In this document: positions 46,756 through 56,595 of the stretch, in pieces
Layout: every line of letters begins with the position of its first letter
Numbering within the stretch: the first letter of the stretch is position 1
Virus record (IMG/VR): IMGVR_UViG_3300012920_000038
Coordinates: 1-62,056 of that record
Direction: 5' to 3' (one strand)
DNA from: a virus
Lineage: Duplodnaviria > Caudoviricetes
DNA: 62,056 nucleotides
The notes under the pieces: model-generated
Database searches by the model: none
Told to the model about the DNA's origin: nothing
Seen by the model: the letters and a program-made list of their open reading frames with translations, nothing else
Position numbers and translations under genes: made by a program

Positions 46756-48529
46756 ATTTACAGATTTTAATTTAGACACTAACGCGTACGCGGCTTTTGA
46801 TGCTACAAGCCTGAGAGACTTGATAATTGACCGGTTGAACAAAGACAACATATTTACAGATCAGATTTTTCAAGGCAGCAATCTATCATCGGTCATAGAT
46901 ATTGTAGCATATTCATATCATGTTTTGTTATTCTATTTGAACAAGACATCAAGCGAAGCAATGTTCACCGATTCTGTGATATATGAAAATATGAACCGCA
47001 TTGTGAAGCTTTTGAATTACAAACCGGTTGGATATAGATCATCAACATGTACTTTTGAATGCACAACAACCATTTCCTCCGGTACATATACAATACCACG
47101 GTACTCATTTGTAGATGCTGATGGTGTTATCTTTTCAACACGCGAGGACATACCTTTTGATGCATCATCAACGACAGATATTGCAACAAGCACTAGCAAA
47201 TACATTTTATATCAAGGTAAATATCAAGAATACCCTGTACAGACCGCAGCTGGTGAGAAATTCGAAGTTATTACCATGGCTCTAGACAGATCAGTACTGG
47301 TAGACCATCATAGTATAGATGTATATGTACGTTCAGCTGCAACTGGTAGGATAACACAATGGACCGAGACGGATTCATTATTTTTAAACAGTAAGGACGA
47401 TCAAAACTACGAGCTTCGATTGAATGAAAATTATAGATACGAAATAAAGTTTGGTGATGACGTGAATGGTAAAAAGTTACAGTCTGAAGACCAAGTTTTT
47501 GTGTATTATGTCAAGAGTGATGGAGCCACCGGAATAATCGGTCCGGGAAAACTGAAAAACAAAAATTTTGCATTATTCTCAACCAATCAATTTTCGATAA
47601 TCAAGAACAACATCGAGCAAGAGAAAACAAATTATCTTACATTGAATGATGTTACTAAAATATCACTTGATAATCAAGTCACATCAACAGATCCGCAGCA
47701 ATATGAGTCAGTTGATGAGATAAGACAATCAGCTCCCGGGTTTTTATCACATCAAAACCGATTGATCACAAGCAATGATTTTGAAAACTATGTCAGTACC
47801 ACATATGGTAATATCATCGTTGATGTTAAAGCCATGAACAACAAGACATACATTGACCAATACATAAAATACCTTGCTGATGATCTAAACTTGCAAAAAC
47901 CGGTTTTGGAATCTAGATTATTGGTGAATCATATCGATTTTGCCAGCTCGTCAACATTTAACAACATTTATATGTTTGTTGTACCCAGGCTAGAGGTCAA
48001 AAAATCACTAGTCAAGCAATCTAACTTTTTATCAGTTGCGCAAAAGGAGAATATACGCAACGGTATTGAAAGTGTCAAGAGTTTAGGTTTGGAGCCTGTG
48101 TTTGTAGATCCGGTCTATGTGGCATTTGATATTTGCGCCGGTTCAACACAGGTAGAGCCTTCTTCTGAACTAGTTGGTAAATCAAAAATACATGTTGTTA
48201 GAAATCCATCAGTTCCACGTGATGTTGCTCAGTTAAAGTTAGAGGTGATGAGTAAATTGACAACGTACTTCAAGCATTCACAGTTGTCTCTCGGTCAGCT
48301 GGTAAATATATCAGAATTACATAATAATATTTTGTCTATACCAGGTGTTGAGAGTGTTTATACAGCATCAGAAGATACAAAAACAAACGGCTTGAGTTTT
48401 GCTGTGTGGAACCCAGTATATGAACAGGATTTTAACATATATAATCAAAATTTTACATTACCAAACTTTAAATTTCCGTATTTATATGATCTAGATCAGC
48501 TGAGCTCACGTGTTGTGATCGAAACATGA
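46745..48529 (+). CDS. gp6: Baseplate wedge protein gp6
   Basis: FQGSNLSSVIDIVAY, VKLLNYKP, YEIKFGDDVNGKK and ESVDEIRQSAP...QNRLITSNDF. Confidence 0.9.
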   Translation: MSSKFTDFNLDTNAYAAFDATSLRDLIIDRLNKDNIFTDQIFQGSNLSSVIDIVAYSYHVLLFYLNKTSSEAMFTDSVIYENMNRIVKLLNYKPVGYRSSTCTFECTTTISSGTYTIPRYSFVDADGVIFSTREDIPFDASSTTDIATSTSKYILYQGKYQEYPVQTAAGEKFEVITMALDRSVLVDHHSIDVYVRSAATGRITQWTETDSLFLNSKDDQNYELRLNENYRYEIKFGDDVNGKKLQSEDQVFVYYVKSDGATGIIGPGKLKNKNFALFSTNQFSIIKNNIEQEKTNYLTLNDVTKISLDNQVTSTDPQQYESVDEIRQSAPGFLSHQNRLITSNDFENYVSTTYGNIIVDVKAMNNKTYIDQYIKYLADDLNLQKPVLESRLLVNHIDFASSSTFNNIYMFVVPRLEVKKSLVKQSNFLSVAQKENIRNGIESVKSLGLEPVFVDPVYVAFDICAGSTQVEPSSELVGKSKIHVVRNPSVPRDVAQLKLEVMSKLTTYFKHSQLSLGQLVNISELHNNILSIPGVESVYTASEDTKTNGLSFAVWNPVYEQDFNIYNQNFTLPNFKFPYLYDLDQLSSRVVIET

Positions 48530-51500
48530 GCTTACCCACACTAACACCAACATATTTCGACATCGAAATTGTAAAAGACGGTGTACCGACTGGTCGATAT
48601 ATAAACAGGGGTACAGCATTACCAGATAAGGATAGTGATTACAAGGTTTCAAACTCACCTAAATATGATTCTCGCTTGACAGAGGATCAGTTCTTGTATT
48701 GTGTACCTGGTATACAATATAAATTTTCAGCAAACCGGAGTATAGATAAAAATTTAGAAGAATATAAAACAGACGATCGGGCGGATAACTTTACATATAG
48801 AATATCTAAAAATAATATTGTATGGGAATTTGGAGACGGTACAACCTCAACAGAGTATGAACCAACACACACGTTTGACACAGCCGGTGAATTTACAATA
48901 CGGGTGATATTGTATGATATGAATGGTATTCCACGTAGAAATGTTTATACATACACTCTGGTGATGAGAAACTATTTAAATGACGAGGTTATTTGGGATT
49001 CACCGCGACTGAGAGACATAGGTATAGAGTATGCAATAGTATCCATACCATTCAAAACCAAATTGAGGAAAACAGTCAGTTGGCAAAATTTAAAAACTCT
49101 CGATACAATAACCATGTATGCTAGCGGTTCCAATTCAATTCCCGGTGTACAAAAAAACTTTATGAAAAACAAATACGCACATCTACAAAAGACATGGCGA
49201 TTTGTTGAAGATCTCGAAGATCCTGTACCTTTAGACCAAATAAATGTTGATGACAAGGATGTGTACGTTCGATCATCTGTTGATCAAATGCTGTACCCTC
49301 GGAACACATTAGAAGCAGCTGCTCATCCCACATACATGCAACTACTCATTGACAATTCATTAGATGATGTGAGTGAAACAACAATGATAGGCACCTCTGG
49401 GCACAAAGATGTCTATTATATAGACGACACTGCAAAAAATTATCTGTCACGTGATCTTGAACCAGTGTTTTTATTCGCAGCACTCTCTTCAACTGGTGAT
49501 TATGGCGAGGGTATTGAAACACCAACCGATGTCATGCCGGTGAAAGTGACATACCAACCGGCTACTAGCATGAGAATTAGTACCAACGGTATGCGAACAT
49601 TCGCATTTAGTGAAACTCTTTTTGTAGATAGTGAATATACTCTAAATATCGCGGCACTGAGTGAATATAACGTGATACTCAAGAGTGATTACGAACAATT
49701 TCGGATGCAGACATCATACGGTCAGTTACAACCATACGAAATGTCAATACAAATTGTAGATGATAACACATATCAACCTATTGATGTTGATATTGTGGAG
49801 AGAGATTTAGGTCTCACAACACACGGTTCCGGTAATGTAATAATCAATCCGAAACAAACAACGGATTCCGCGAAATTAAAAGCTAGTGTCAAGTTGATTG
49901 ACCCACCATACAGTCCAATCGATACAAATGTGTATGTATTGACTGATATGCATGATGTTAAAGCAAGATTTTTAGTTCCAGGCTTTGCGGACCCGAAAAA
50001 TCCGTTAGGAGCCAAGTATGGTACATTAGCAGACAACACATATGTGGCTGCTGTTGATAGCCCCACGTTGACAAGTCGATTGAATGACACAGACTTGCCG
50101 CATAGCTGTTTCGCAGTCGCGGTTGACCCAGGAAGGAATGTGGTTTATATCGCCAACGAATCAAATGATACAATATCCAAGTACAGCCGTTCCGGTGAAT
50201 TGTTGAATGATGAATTGCCGCTGTACATACCTAAATTGATCTGTCAATCTGGTGTTTTGAATCAACAGAAATTTCGATATGATGAGCGTGATGGTGACAG
50301 TATTCTAGATTACATATATGGTGCAATGATTCAGCTCCCGAGACGTTTTGAAGCCACGGCTGGTGAGTCATGCGATCGTTTCGATTTGAATATTGACACG
50401 CTCAAAGCAATGTCACCATCGTCGCTTGCTATAGATCATGACGGTAACATCTGGGTAACATTGATAGACGGAGGCATGACCGTCAAAATAACATCAGGTA
50501 CTGATGGTGAACACCGAGTAACAGCCATCGCACTACCACAAGATGCATCCGCAAATGTTGAGTCAAGCATTGATAACGGAGTTGCTAAACGAACCGCTAG
50601 CGGTGAAATGTTTTGGATGCCTTCCAAGGTTGTGACAGACATGAAAAATGATATATGGGTCAGTTACACTAACACCGAGAACATAAAATTGATAAAATAT
50701 GATGGTCGTCCATCACTTGATCAAAATGGCGAAATTGTATATAACATGAACCAGCTAGCATGTATTGATTCATTCCCTGTCGGTACCCATCTTGATGACA
50801 TGATAATTGACCCATACAACAATCTGTGGGTGTCAAACGCAACAAGTGAATCGAAACGACTAGATCCTGACACTGGTGACGTAATAAAGACCGGAGGTGG
50901 TGTATATCATATCGAGAACACCCAAAATCCAACAATTGCGAGATACATTGAAACATTTAACGAACATCCAAATTCAACAAATCAAGAATTGTTTGACAAG
51001 CCAACAGCCATGGCCATCGATTTGACAGACACGCTGTATGTCGCCACAAATGGAAGTAGTGTTGTGAGAATAGACATTAACACGTACAAAACAGACAGAA
51101 TATTTTACGGTGGAAAGAGCTGGTCTCAGAATGATGCATCAGCATTACGTGTACCGTATAACGATATCAGAGGAAGAGTATCTGCAATTGATGCTATAGG
51201 TGTCAATTCGGACAACAGATTGCTCATCATGAACAATGTGGAAAAGAAATTATATTCATATGTTTGTCCTTCAGAAAGAGAAAAAACATCCGATGTACTA
51301 GACCTAGATGATTATGCACTTGAAGGTGTTGTTTGTGATTTTTCAAATGACGAAACAGCAACTGTATTACAAGGCGCTGGTGACTGGACCGGGATGAGGT
51401 GGATTCAGAAATATATGAAACTTTTTCCAGCTAACCGTGTGTTGACTGGTGAGGTTGATCTGAGAGTATCAGATCCAGGCTCAAACGATATCGTCGTACA

Positions 51501-52368
51501 GAACGAAAACCACGACGCATCTCAATCCATTATAGATTACACGTTGCAAGACACAATAAATAGTAAAGATAATTTATTATACTGGTTTTTCAAGCAGATT
51601 GTGGGGGATATTGATAGCGATGTTGAAACATTGGGTAAAGTTGTTTACAGCAAGATAGCGAATTTCGTGCCAAATACAACAGATATAGACACATGTAATG
51701 CTGCTCAGTTGAGATCTATAGCGACACAGATAGGATGTGACATTAAGGGGTTCAATTACACGTATCCAGGTTCTATACAAAGACTAGTTGACATTTTATC
51801 AATAAAATATTCAACATTATTTGGATCACGTGACCAAACAGGTTTTCAATTAACAAAAAACGGTTACGCAAACAGTTTCAATCATGGACGAAACGTAAAA
51901 CCTGACCCTATTGCTGATTATGATAATTATACAATTAGAGTTGGTAATAGAATTGTCGCTCGTGAACTCTACAATAATAACAACACCATAATCGAACCAA
52001 TGGCAATAGCTGGTGACGTGACAGATCCAAATTACAGCACATTACACGGGGGTTTGTCCGCATATGATCTAAATTTATATAATGTTATTGATACTACCAC
52101 GGGTAAACCTACAGGTAGAAACTGGAACTGGGGCTTATCACACCCGAATGATGAAAGTGTATTCTTGTATTATGATTTTTATGAATATGTTAGTGATTCA
52201 AACTACAGTAATGAAAACTTCACGCAGCTTGCTGGTGTTATAGATTGGAATAACAATCAAACGACAGTAAATGAAGACTCGACATTATCAGACTGGCAAA
52301 ACGATGGAGGTTTGGTTGAGATGATAATTGATAAAAAGCTAAGAAAAGGACTGAACCTAATGTCATGA
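48526..52368 (+). CDS. Large baseplate/virion protein with PKD domain and NHL-like beta-propeller (gp7 position)
   Basis: PKD motif WEFGDGTTSTEYEPTHTF; repeated xAID/VDxxxNIWV blades; DIDTCNAAQLRSIATQIG resembles a gp7/P2-I-like motif. Confidence 0.65.
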   Translation: MSLPTLTPTYFDIEIVKDGVPTGRYINRGTALPDKDSDYKVSNSPKYDSRLTEDQFLYCVPGIQYKFSANRSIDKNLEEYKTDDRADNFTYRISKNNIVWEFGDGTTSTEYEPTHTFDTAGEFTIRVILYDMNGIPRRNVYTYTLVMRNYLNDEVIWDSPRLRDIGIEYAIVSIPFKTKLRKTVSWQNLKTLDTITMYASGSNSIPGVQKNFMKNKYAHLQKTWRFVEDLEDPVPLDQINVDDKDVYVRSSVDQMLYPRNTLEAAAHPTYMQLLIDNSLDDVSETTMIGTSGHKDVYYIDDTAKNYLSRDLEPVFLFAALSSTGDYGEGIETPTDVMPVKVTYQPATSMRISTNGMRTFAFSETLFVDSEYTLNIAALSEYNVILKSDYEQFRMQTSYGQLQPYEMSIQIVDDNTYQPIDVDIVERDLGLTTHGSGNVIINPKQTTDSAKLKASVKLIDPPYSPIDTNVYVLTDMHDVKARFLVPGFADPKNPLGAKYGTLADNTYVAAVDSPTLTSRLNDTDLPHSCFAVAVDPGRNVVYIANESNDTISKYSRSGELLNDELPLYIPKLICQSGVLNQQKFRYDERDGDSILDYIYGAMIQLPRRFEATAGESCDRFDLNIDTLKAMSPSSLAIDHDGNIWVTLIDGGMTVKITSGTDGEHRVTAIALPQDASANVESSIDNGVAKRTASGEMFWMPSKVVTDMKNDIWVSYTNTENIKLIKYDGRPSLDQNGEIVYNMNQLACIDSFPVGTHLDDMIIDPYNNLWVSNATSESKRLDPDTGDVIKTGGGVYHIENTQNPTIARYIETFNEHPNSTNQELFDKPTAMAIDLTDTLYVATNGSSVVRIDINTYKTDRIFYGGKSWSQNDASALRVPYNDIRGRVSAIDAIGVNSDNRLLIMNNVEKKLYSYVCPSEREKTSDVLDLDDYALEGVVCDFSNDETATVLQGAGDWTGMRWIQKYMKLFPANRVLTGEVDLRVSDPGSNDIVVQNENHDASQSIIDYTLQDTINSKDNLLYWFFKQIVGDIDSDVETLGKVVYSKIANFVPNTTDIDTCNAAQLRSIATQIGCDIKGFNYTYPGSIQRLVDILSIKYSTLFGSRDQTGFQLTKNGYANSFNHGRNVKPDPIADYDNYTIRVGNRIVARELYNNNNTIIEPMAIAGDVTDPNYSTLHGGLSAYDLNLYNVIDTTTGKPTGRNWNWGLSHPNDESVFLYYDFYEYVSDSNYSNENFTQLAGVIDWNNNQTTVNEDSTLSDWQNDGGLVEMIIDKKLRKGLNLMS

Positions 52369-55300
52369 CAAGTATCAACTACAAAAATTACAACACATCA
52401 CAAAGCATAGTAAATCAACAAGATGCTGTTGAGATAACTGGAGCTCAAGACAAAAACGAACCATTCACATTCTTACAATGGGCAAATTTATCAAGTATAT
52501 CTGATAAAAATTCTGATGTAGCCAAGCAACTGTATAACAAATATTTAACAGAATGGTCAGCAATCAAATCTGGTGATCTGAACAAATCTACCCAATCAGT
52601 CACAGAAATGTTTTCAAATTTCTTGAAACAACTACCCGCTGACACAACTGAAGACGAGTCAAGATACATAAACAACATCGACTATAGTGACAAATATGAA
52701 GTTGAATCGGCGATCAAATTTTTTGTGTCAAAATTGAAAAAAGTTTCCAATGAAATTGGCAACAACCGGCAGTCAGTTGCATTTCAAACAACACGTAACA
52801 GTATTCGAGGAACAAAATCCGGTTCGGCGTTACTTATAAAGGATATGTTGATACGAGTGTTGCGAGATGAGGATTTTATCTCTGACAAAATCATATCACC
52901 TGCTGACAAACAGAAAATTATCGATCAGATACAAGTGACTGTTACGGAATTGTATGATAGCAAAACGACCGGTACTGACAATACAGAAAATGATACAAAC
53001 ATTGTCAATCAAAAGGTTGAACAAAAAATTGAGTATGATCCTTACATTTTTATAGACACGGAAATCGCCACAGTAAATTTACTTGACAGTTATGGTACTA
53101 TTTTGTCTGATACAGTCAGTACGGTAACAACAAACAATCAAAATGAAATTGCTTTAAATTTTACACCAGATCTAAACACTGTACAAAATTTACCCAGCAG
53201 TGAATTTGTTGATTATAACAAAACAACATTGAATATTGATTCAATGATAAAAATTGTACCGCAGTTGATGTCGTCGAGAGTGGATTACGTCAACACATCA
53301 ACCTTATCCGCTGTTGAGACAGGTGAGCTGTTCGATTCGAGAAAAAATCTCAATAGATTGAGTTCGACATTGCATCCATCTATAGATATATTTGAAAACA
53401 CAAGTGTGAATCGTGTAACAACGGTTGGTAACTTCTACACACCAGCCAAGCTAGGTTTGTTGAAATATTACAGTTTTGATTTCACGCCAGAAATATTAAA
53501 CGAGCATCTTGAGAAAGATAAAATTTATACACATACTAATCTATCTGATAGTGGTTCTAATTTTAATAAAATACCGGTTGATTATTATGAAGATTTCACC
53601 ATGGTCAAAAACAGTACAGTTGAATCTGGTCGTCCGGGTGAAATTTCACATGATCTATTGAAAATACCTAGATTCCACAATTATCAATCTCGCGAACAAA
53701 CTAATGTTTTTTCACAAGAAGGTGTATCACGTAAAGATGATAGCTTCGATTTCTGGACCGGGGATGTTGATGATGTGTGGGCCAATCAAGACGTATTTGA
53801 ACTCGAAGCTGAAAATATATTTAATATAGACGATCGACAACAAACAATGTTTGCTAATGTCGGTCATATGTACAAATGGAAAACTGATGCACATGGAAAT
53901 GAATTTGGTGTGCTGAAGAAAATCGCACCTTTCCCTGGTTTGACGCTTGAAGACCTAAAGGACCCGGATCCAACTTCTGGTTGTTACATAATGGATGGTG
54001 ATCTGTTTAAAGACGGATCAACACGTGAAATAACAACATATGAATATACTGTCAACGAATCTTCTGGTAATTTGTTTACCAATCTACCATTTTCAAGAGT
54101 CGCAAATGGTATGTTTTTCTCCCGTGTTGATTGTGTATTTGAAGAACCAGAACCAGAAACACTTGTAATAGACATACCAAAATTGAGAGGTGGTCAGCTG
54201 TATTGTATCTGGCTTGATGGTTTTGTTATGCGGTTCAATGGGTTGTATGAACTTACAAGCACAAATAATGATAACAATTTTGCAGCCGATCCTAGCATAT
54301 CTAAGATATGGGATGGTCTTGATTTCAATCAAGTGTGTATAGCAGCACCCAGGACAGATGAATTTTACAAGCTTGAAACCACCCGGGTTCACATAGATGG
54401 ATCAGATCAATACGTACACACACAAGTTGAAAACTTGGATGATTTTGAATCATTAAATCTAGAAGATCAACAAATAACACCAGGTAATTTAGTTGTAAGA
54501 ACAGCGGATAGCGGCAAAATCGGCAATTTCAACACCATATGCGATAAAATTATCAACAAATATAGTTCGAACGCGCAACATGAAATAAACAACGAGCTTC
54601 TAGATATTGATATTATATCCGGTGACATAATAATATTTGAGACAACAAATTATTATATTATAGATCGGATAACTTACGACTACACAAACAACGAAATTAT
54701 TTCTGAAGAAACACCCGCTGAAATACATAAACATAGTGATGAATATGAGGAGTATGTTATTTCAGACTGGTTTTTTAATGAGAGTAAAAACCAAATTTTG
54801 TTTAGTGTGTTAAGAACTGTAAGAGATTCAATAACTAGAGACTCTAGAATTGAAACTGTGCTTTATTGGATTAACACAACAAACTTCACTCTACAAAAAT
54901 CGTCCCCGGTCATCGATTGGTACAATACACAAGAAATCGTTTCAAAATCCATACACAATTTACAAAAACCAAAGATAACATACAATTCCGAACTTGACAA
55001 ATATTATATAATTTGCACATGCAATTACTCGCAAATTGTTGATGGTCCAAAATCATTTGCGATTTTTGTATGTGGTATAAAGTCAAAAGGTGCAACCAAC
55101 GTAACGACAGCAACAACATATACAGCAACTCGACTAGCAATTGAAACTGGCGCGAACAGAACAGAGCAGGAACAACAGGTAAATGATTCTGAATCGTTGA
55201 TATTGACCGAAACATCAAGTAGAACGATAGATGGTTCCAAATATTACGGGGTTGTTGAATATAAAAATTCGTTGTATAATACGTTGGAATTGGATATATC

Positions 55301-56030
55301 AAGACTTGCTCCTAGTGAATTTGCTACTAGAGTTGAAGTCATGTTTGACGAGGAAGATGATAAAACAACGCAAACAAATACACATCGCCCTATCATAACA
55401 TATGATAATTTTGATAACTTAGTCGGTAACAACACACGTGATCCTCGCAATTACAAATTGCAACATGTATATACCAATAATAAACCACGAATTGTATGCA
55501 AGGTACAGCTCTACACATTGACAGAACCTTCTAGACCACGCGTGTACAAAGTGCTTGTTGAACAAAAGCCGACCGACATAACATCATCGTTTGGTAAAAT
55601 AGTCGGGGCTGGTGATGTAAGATTGAGATCACCACAAGGAGTACAAATCTCACATGTCACAGTGATTAATGAGCGTACCGGTGGAGAGAATCTCTTGCTA
55701 GTTTTAAAAACAACATCTCCAGATTACACAACAACAGTTTTATTAAAATTAGCGGAACCAATCCGGCAAACAATTACATACACGGCAACAGACAAAACGA
55801 TAATGACAGGTAAGTCTATAGATGATGTTAGATTGCGTATAAAATATGATAGCTTTGAAACAAACGAAAGTGTTATTGAATCAACTGAATCTGAATCTAC
55901 TGAAATTGTAGTTGATGAGACATACCAGCCGACACAGCAACCACAAACATCAAATCCGGTGACACCAACTGAGCCAGTATATCAACCAGACCCGGTATCT
56001 CAACCGGTATATTATCCATACAGTAAATAA
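52365..56030 (+). CDS. Large virion structural protein of unknown function
   Basis: 1221-aa ORF overlapping the previous stop (ATGA) in the baseplate cluster; P/Q/Y-rich tail. Confidence 0.65.
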   Translation: MTSINYKNYNTSQSIVNQQDAVEITGAQDKNEPFTFLQWANLSSISDKNSDVAKQLYNKYLTEWSAIKSGDLNKSTQSVTEMFSNFLKQLPADTTEDESRYINNIDYSDKYEVESAIKFFVSKLKKVSNEIGNNRQSVAFQTTRNSIRGTKSGSALLIKDMLIRVLRDEDFISDKIISPADKQKIIDQIQVTVTELYDSKTTGTDNTENDTNIVNQKVEQKIEYDPYIFIDTEIATVNLLDSYGTILSDTVSTVTTNNQNEIALNFTPDLNTVQNLPSSEFVDYNKTTLNIDSMIKIVPQLMSSRVDYVNTSTLSAVETGELFDSRKNLNRLSSTLHPSIDIFENTSVNRVTTVGNFYTPAKLGLLKYYSFDFTPEILNEHLEKDKIYTHTNLSDSGSNFNKIPVDYYEDFTMVKNSTVESGRPGEISHDLLKIPRFHNYQSREQTNVFSQEGVSRKDDSFDFWTGDVDDVWANQDVFELEAENIFNIDDRQQTMFANVGHMYKWKTDAHGNEFGVLKKIAPFPGLTLEDLKDPDPTSGCYIMDGDLFKDGSTREITTYEYTVNESSGNLFTNLPFSRVANGMFFSRVDCVFEEPEPETLVIDIPKLRGGQLYCIWLDGFVMRFNGLYELTSTNNDNNFAADPSISKIWDGLDFNQVCIAAPRTDEFYKLETTRVHIDGSDQYVHTQVENLDDFESLNLEDQQITPGNLVVRTADSGKIGNFNTICDKIINKYSSNAQHEINNELLDIDIISGDIIIFETTNYYIIDRITYDYTNNEIISEETPAEIHKHSDEYEEYVISDWFFNESKNQILFSVLRTVRDSITRDSRIETVLYWINTTNFTLQKSSPVIDWYNTQEIVSKSIHNLQKPKITYNSELDKYYIICTCNYSQIVDGPKSFAIFVCGIKSKGATNVTTATTYTATRLAIETGANRTEQEQQVNDSESLILTETSSRTIDGSKYYGVVEYKNSLYNTLELDISRLAPSEFATRVEVMFDEEDDKTTQTNTHRPIITYDNFDNLVGNNTRDPRNYKLQHVYTNNKPRIVCKVQLYTLTEPSRPRVYKVLVEQKPTDITSSFGKIVGAGDVRLRSPQGVQISHVTVINERTGGENLLLVLKTTSPDYTTTVLLKLAEPIRQTITYTATDKTIMTGKSIDDVRLRIKYDSFETNESVIESTESESTEIVVDETYQPTQQPQTSNPVTPTEPVYQPDPVSQPVYYPYSK

Positions 56031-56087
56031 CCCTATCAAACACGGTTATAGTTATGGAGAGTTAGTACTCTGGTCATAAGTATTTCT

Positions 56088-56588
56088 ATGACAATATCAC
56101 ATCAATCGATCAATCGTGTAAGCGTTAATGATCTACCGGAAGCGATAACAATAAAGGATGATGATTTTATGTTGCTACAAAGCGACGGTGTTTCATCAAA
56201 AATACAAATATCAAACATTGTATTAGATCGAGAAAACATTACTTTTTATAATGAGATTGCAGATCTGAACCGTGTAACAACCGAGAACACACAATCAATC
56301 GAGCAGCTCAAACGCCAGGTCAACGGATCAGATTCTTCTGATGTTACAAGCGTTAGCCGTGTTGAAAATTTATTAGAGGTAACAGAAAATTTAACAACAA
56401 AAACAAATAATCTAGACGCGACAGTCAAGTCTAATAAACAACGTACCGAGTCTGTGAACACGACACTTTCAACAAAGATTGACAATGTGAATGCAGAACT
56501 GGCGAATGTGAATGCAGAACTGGTGAATGTGAAGAACGAAATTGCAAAAATATCATCCATTGTAGAGGAACTACAGGGGAACAAATAA
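56088..56588 (+). CDS. Coiled-coil virion/fibre protein
   Basis: VNDLPEAITIKDDDFMLL N-terminus followed by heptad repeats; ATAAGTA upstream. Confidence 0.65.
   Translation: MTISHQSINRVSVNDLPEAITIKDDDFMLLQSDGVSSKIQISNIVLDRENITFYNEIADLNRVTTENTQSIEQLKRQVNGSDSSDVTSVSRVENLLEVTENLTTKTNNLDATVKSNKQRTESVNTTLSTKIDNVNAELANVNAELVNVKNEIAKISSIVEELQGNK
56484..56533 (+). repeat. 21-bp coding tandem repeat (one heptad, NVNAEL[A/V])
   Basis: aatgtgaatgcagaactggcg / aatgtgaatgcagaactggtg / aatgtgaa. Confidence 0.9.
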
Positions 56589-56595
56589 TACATAA

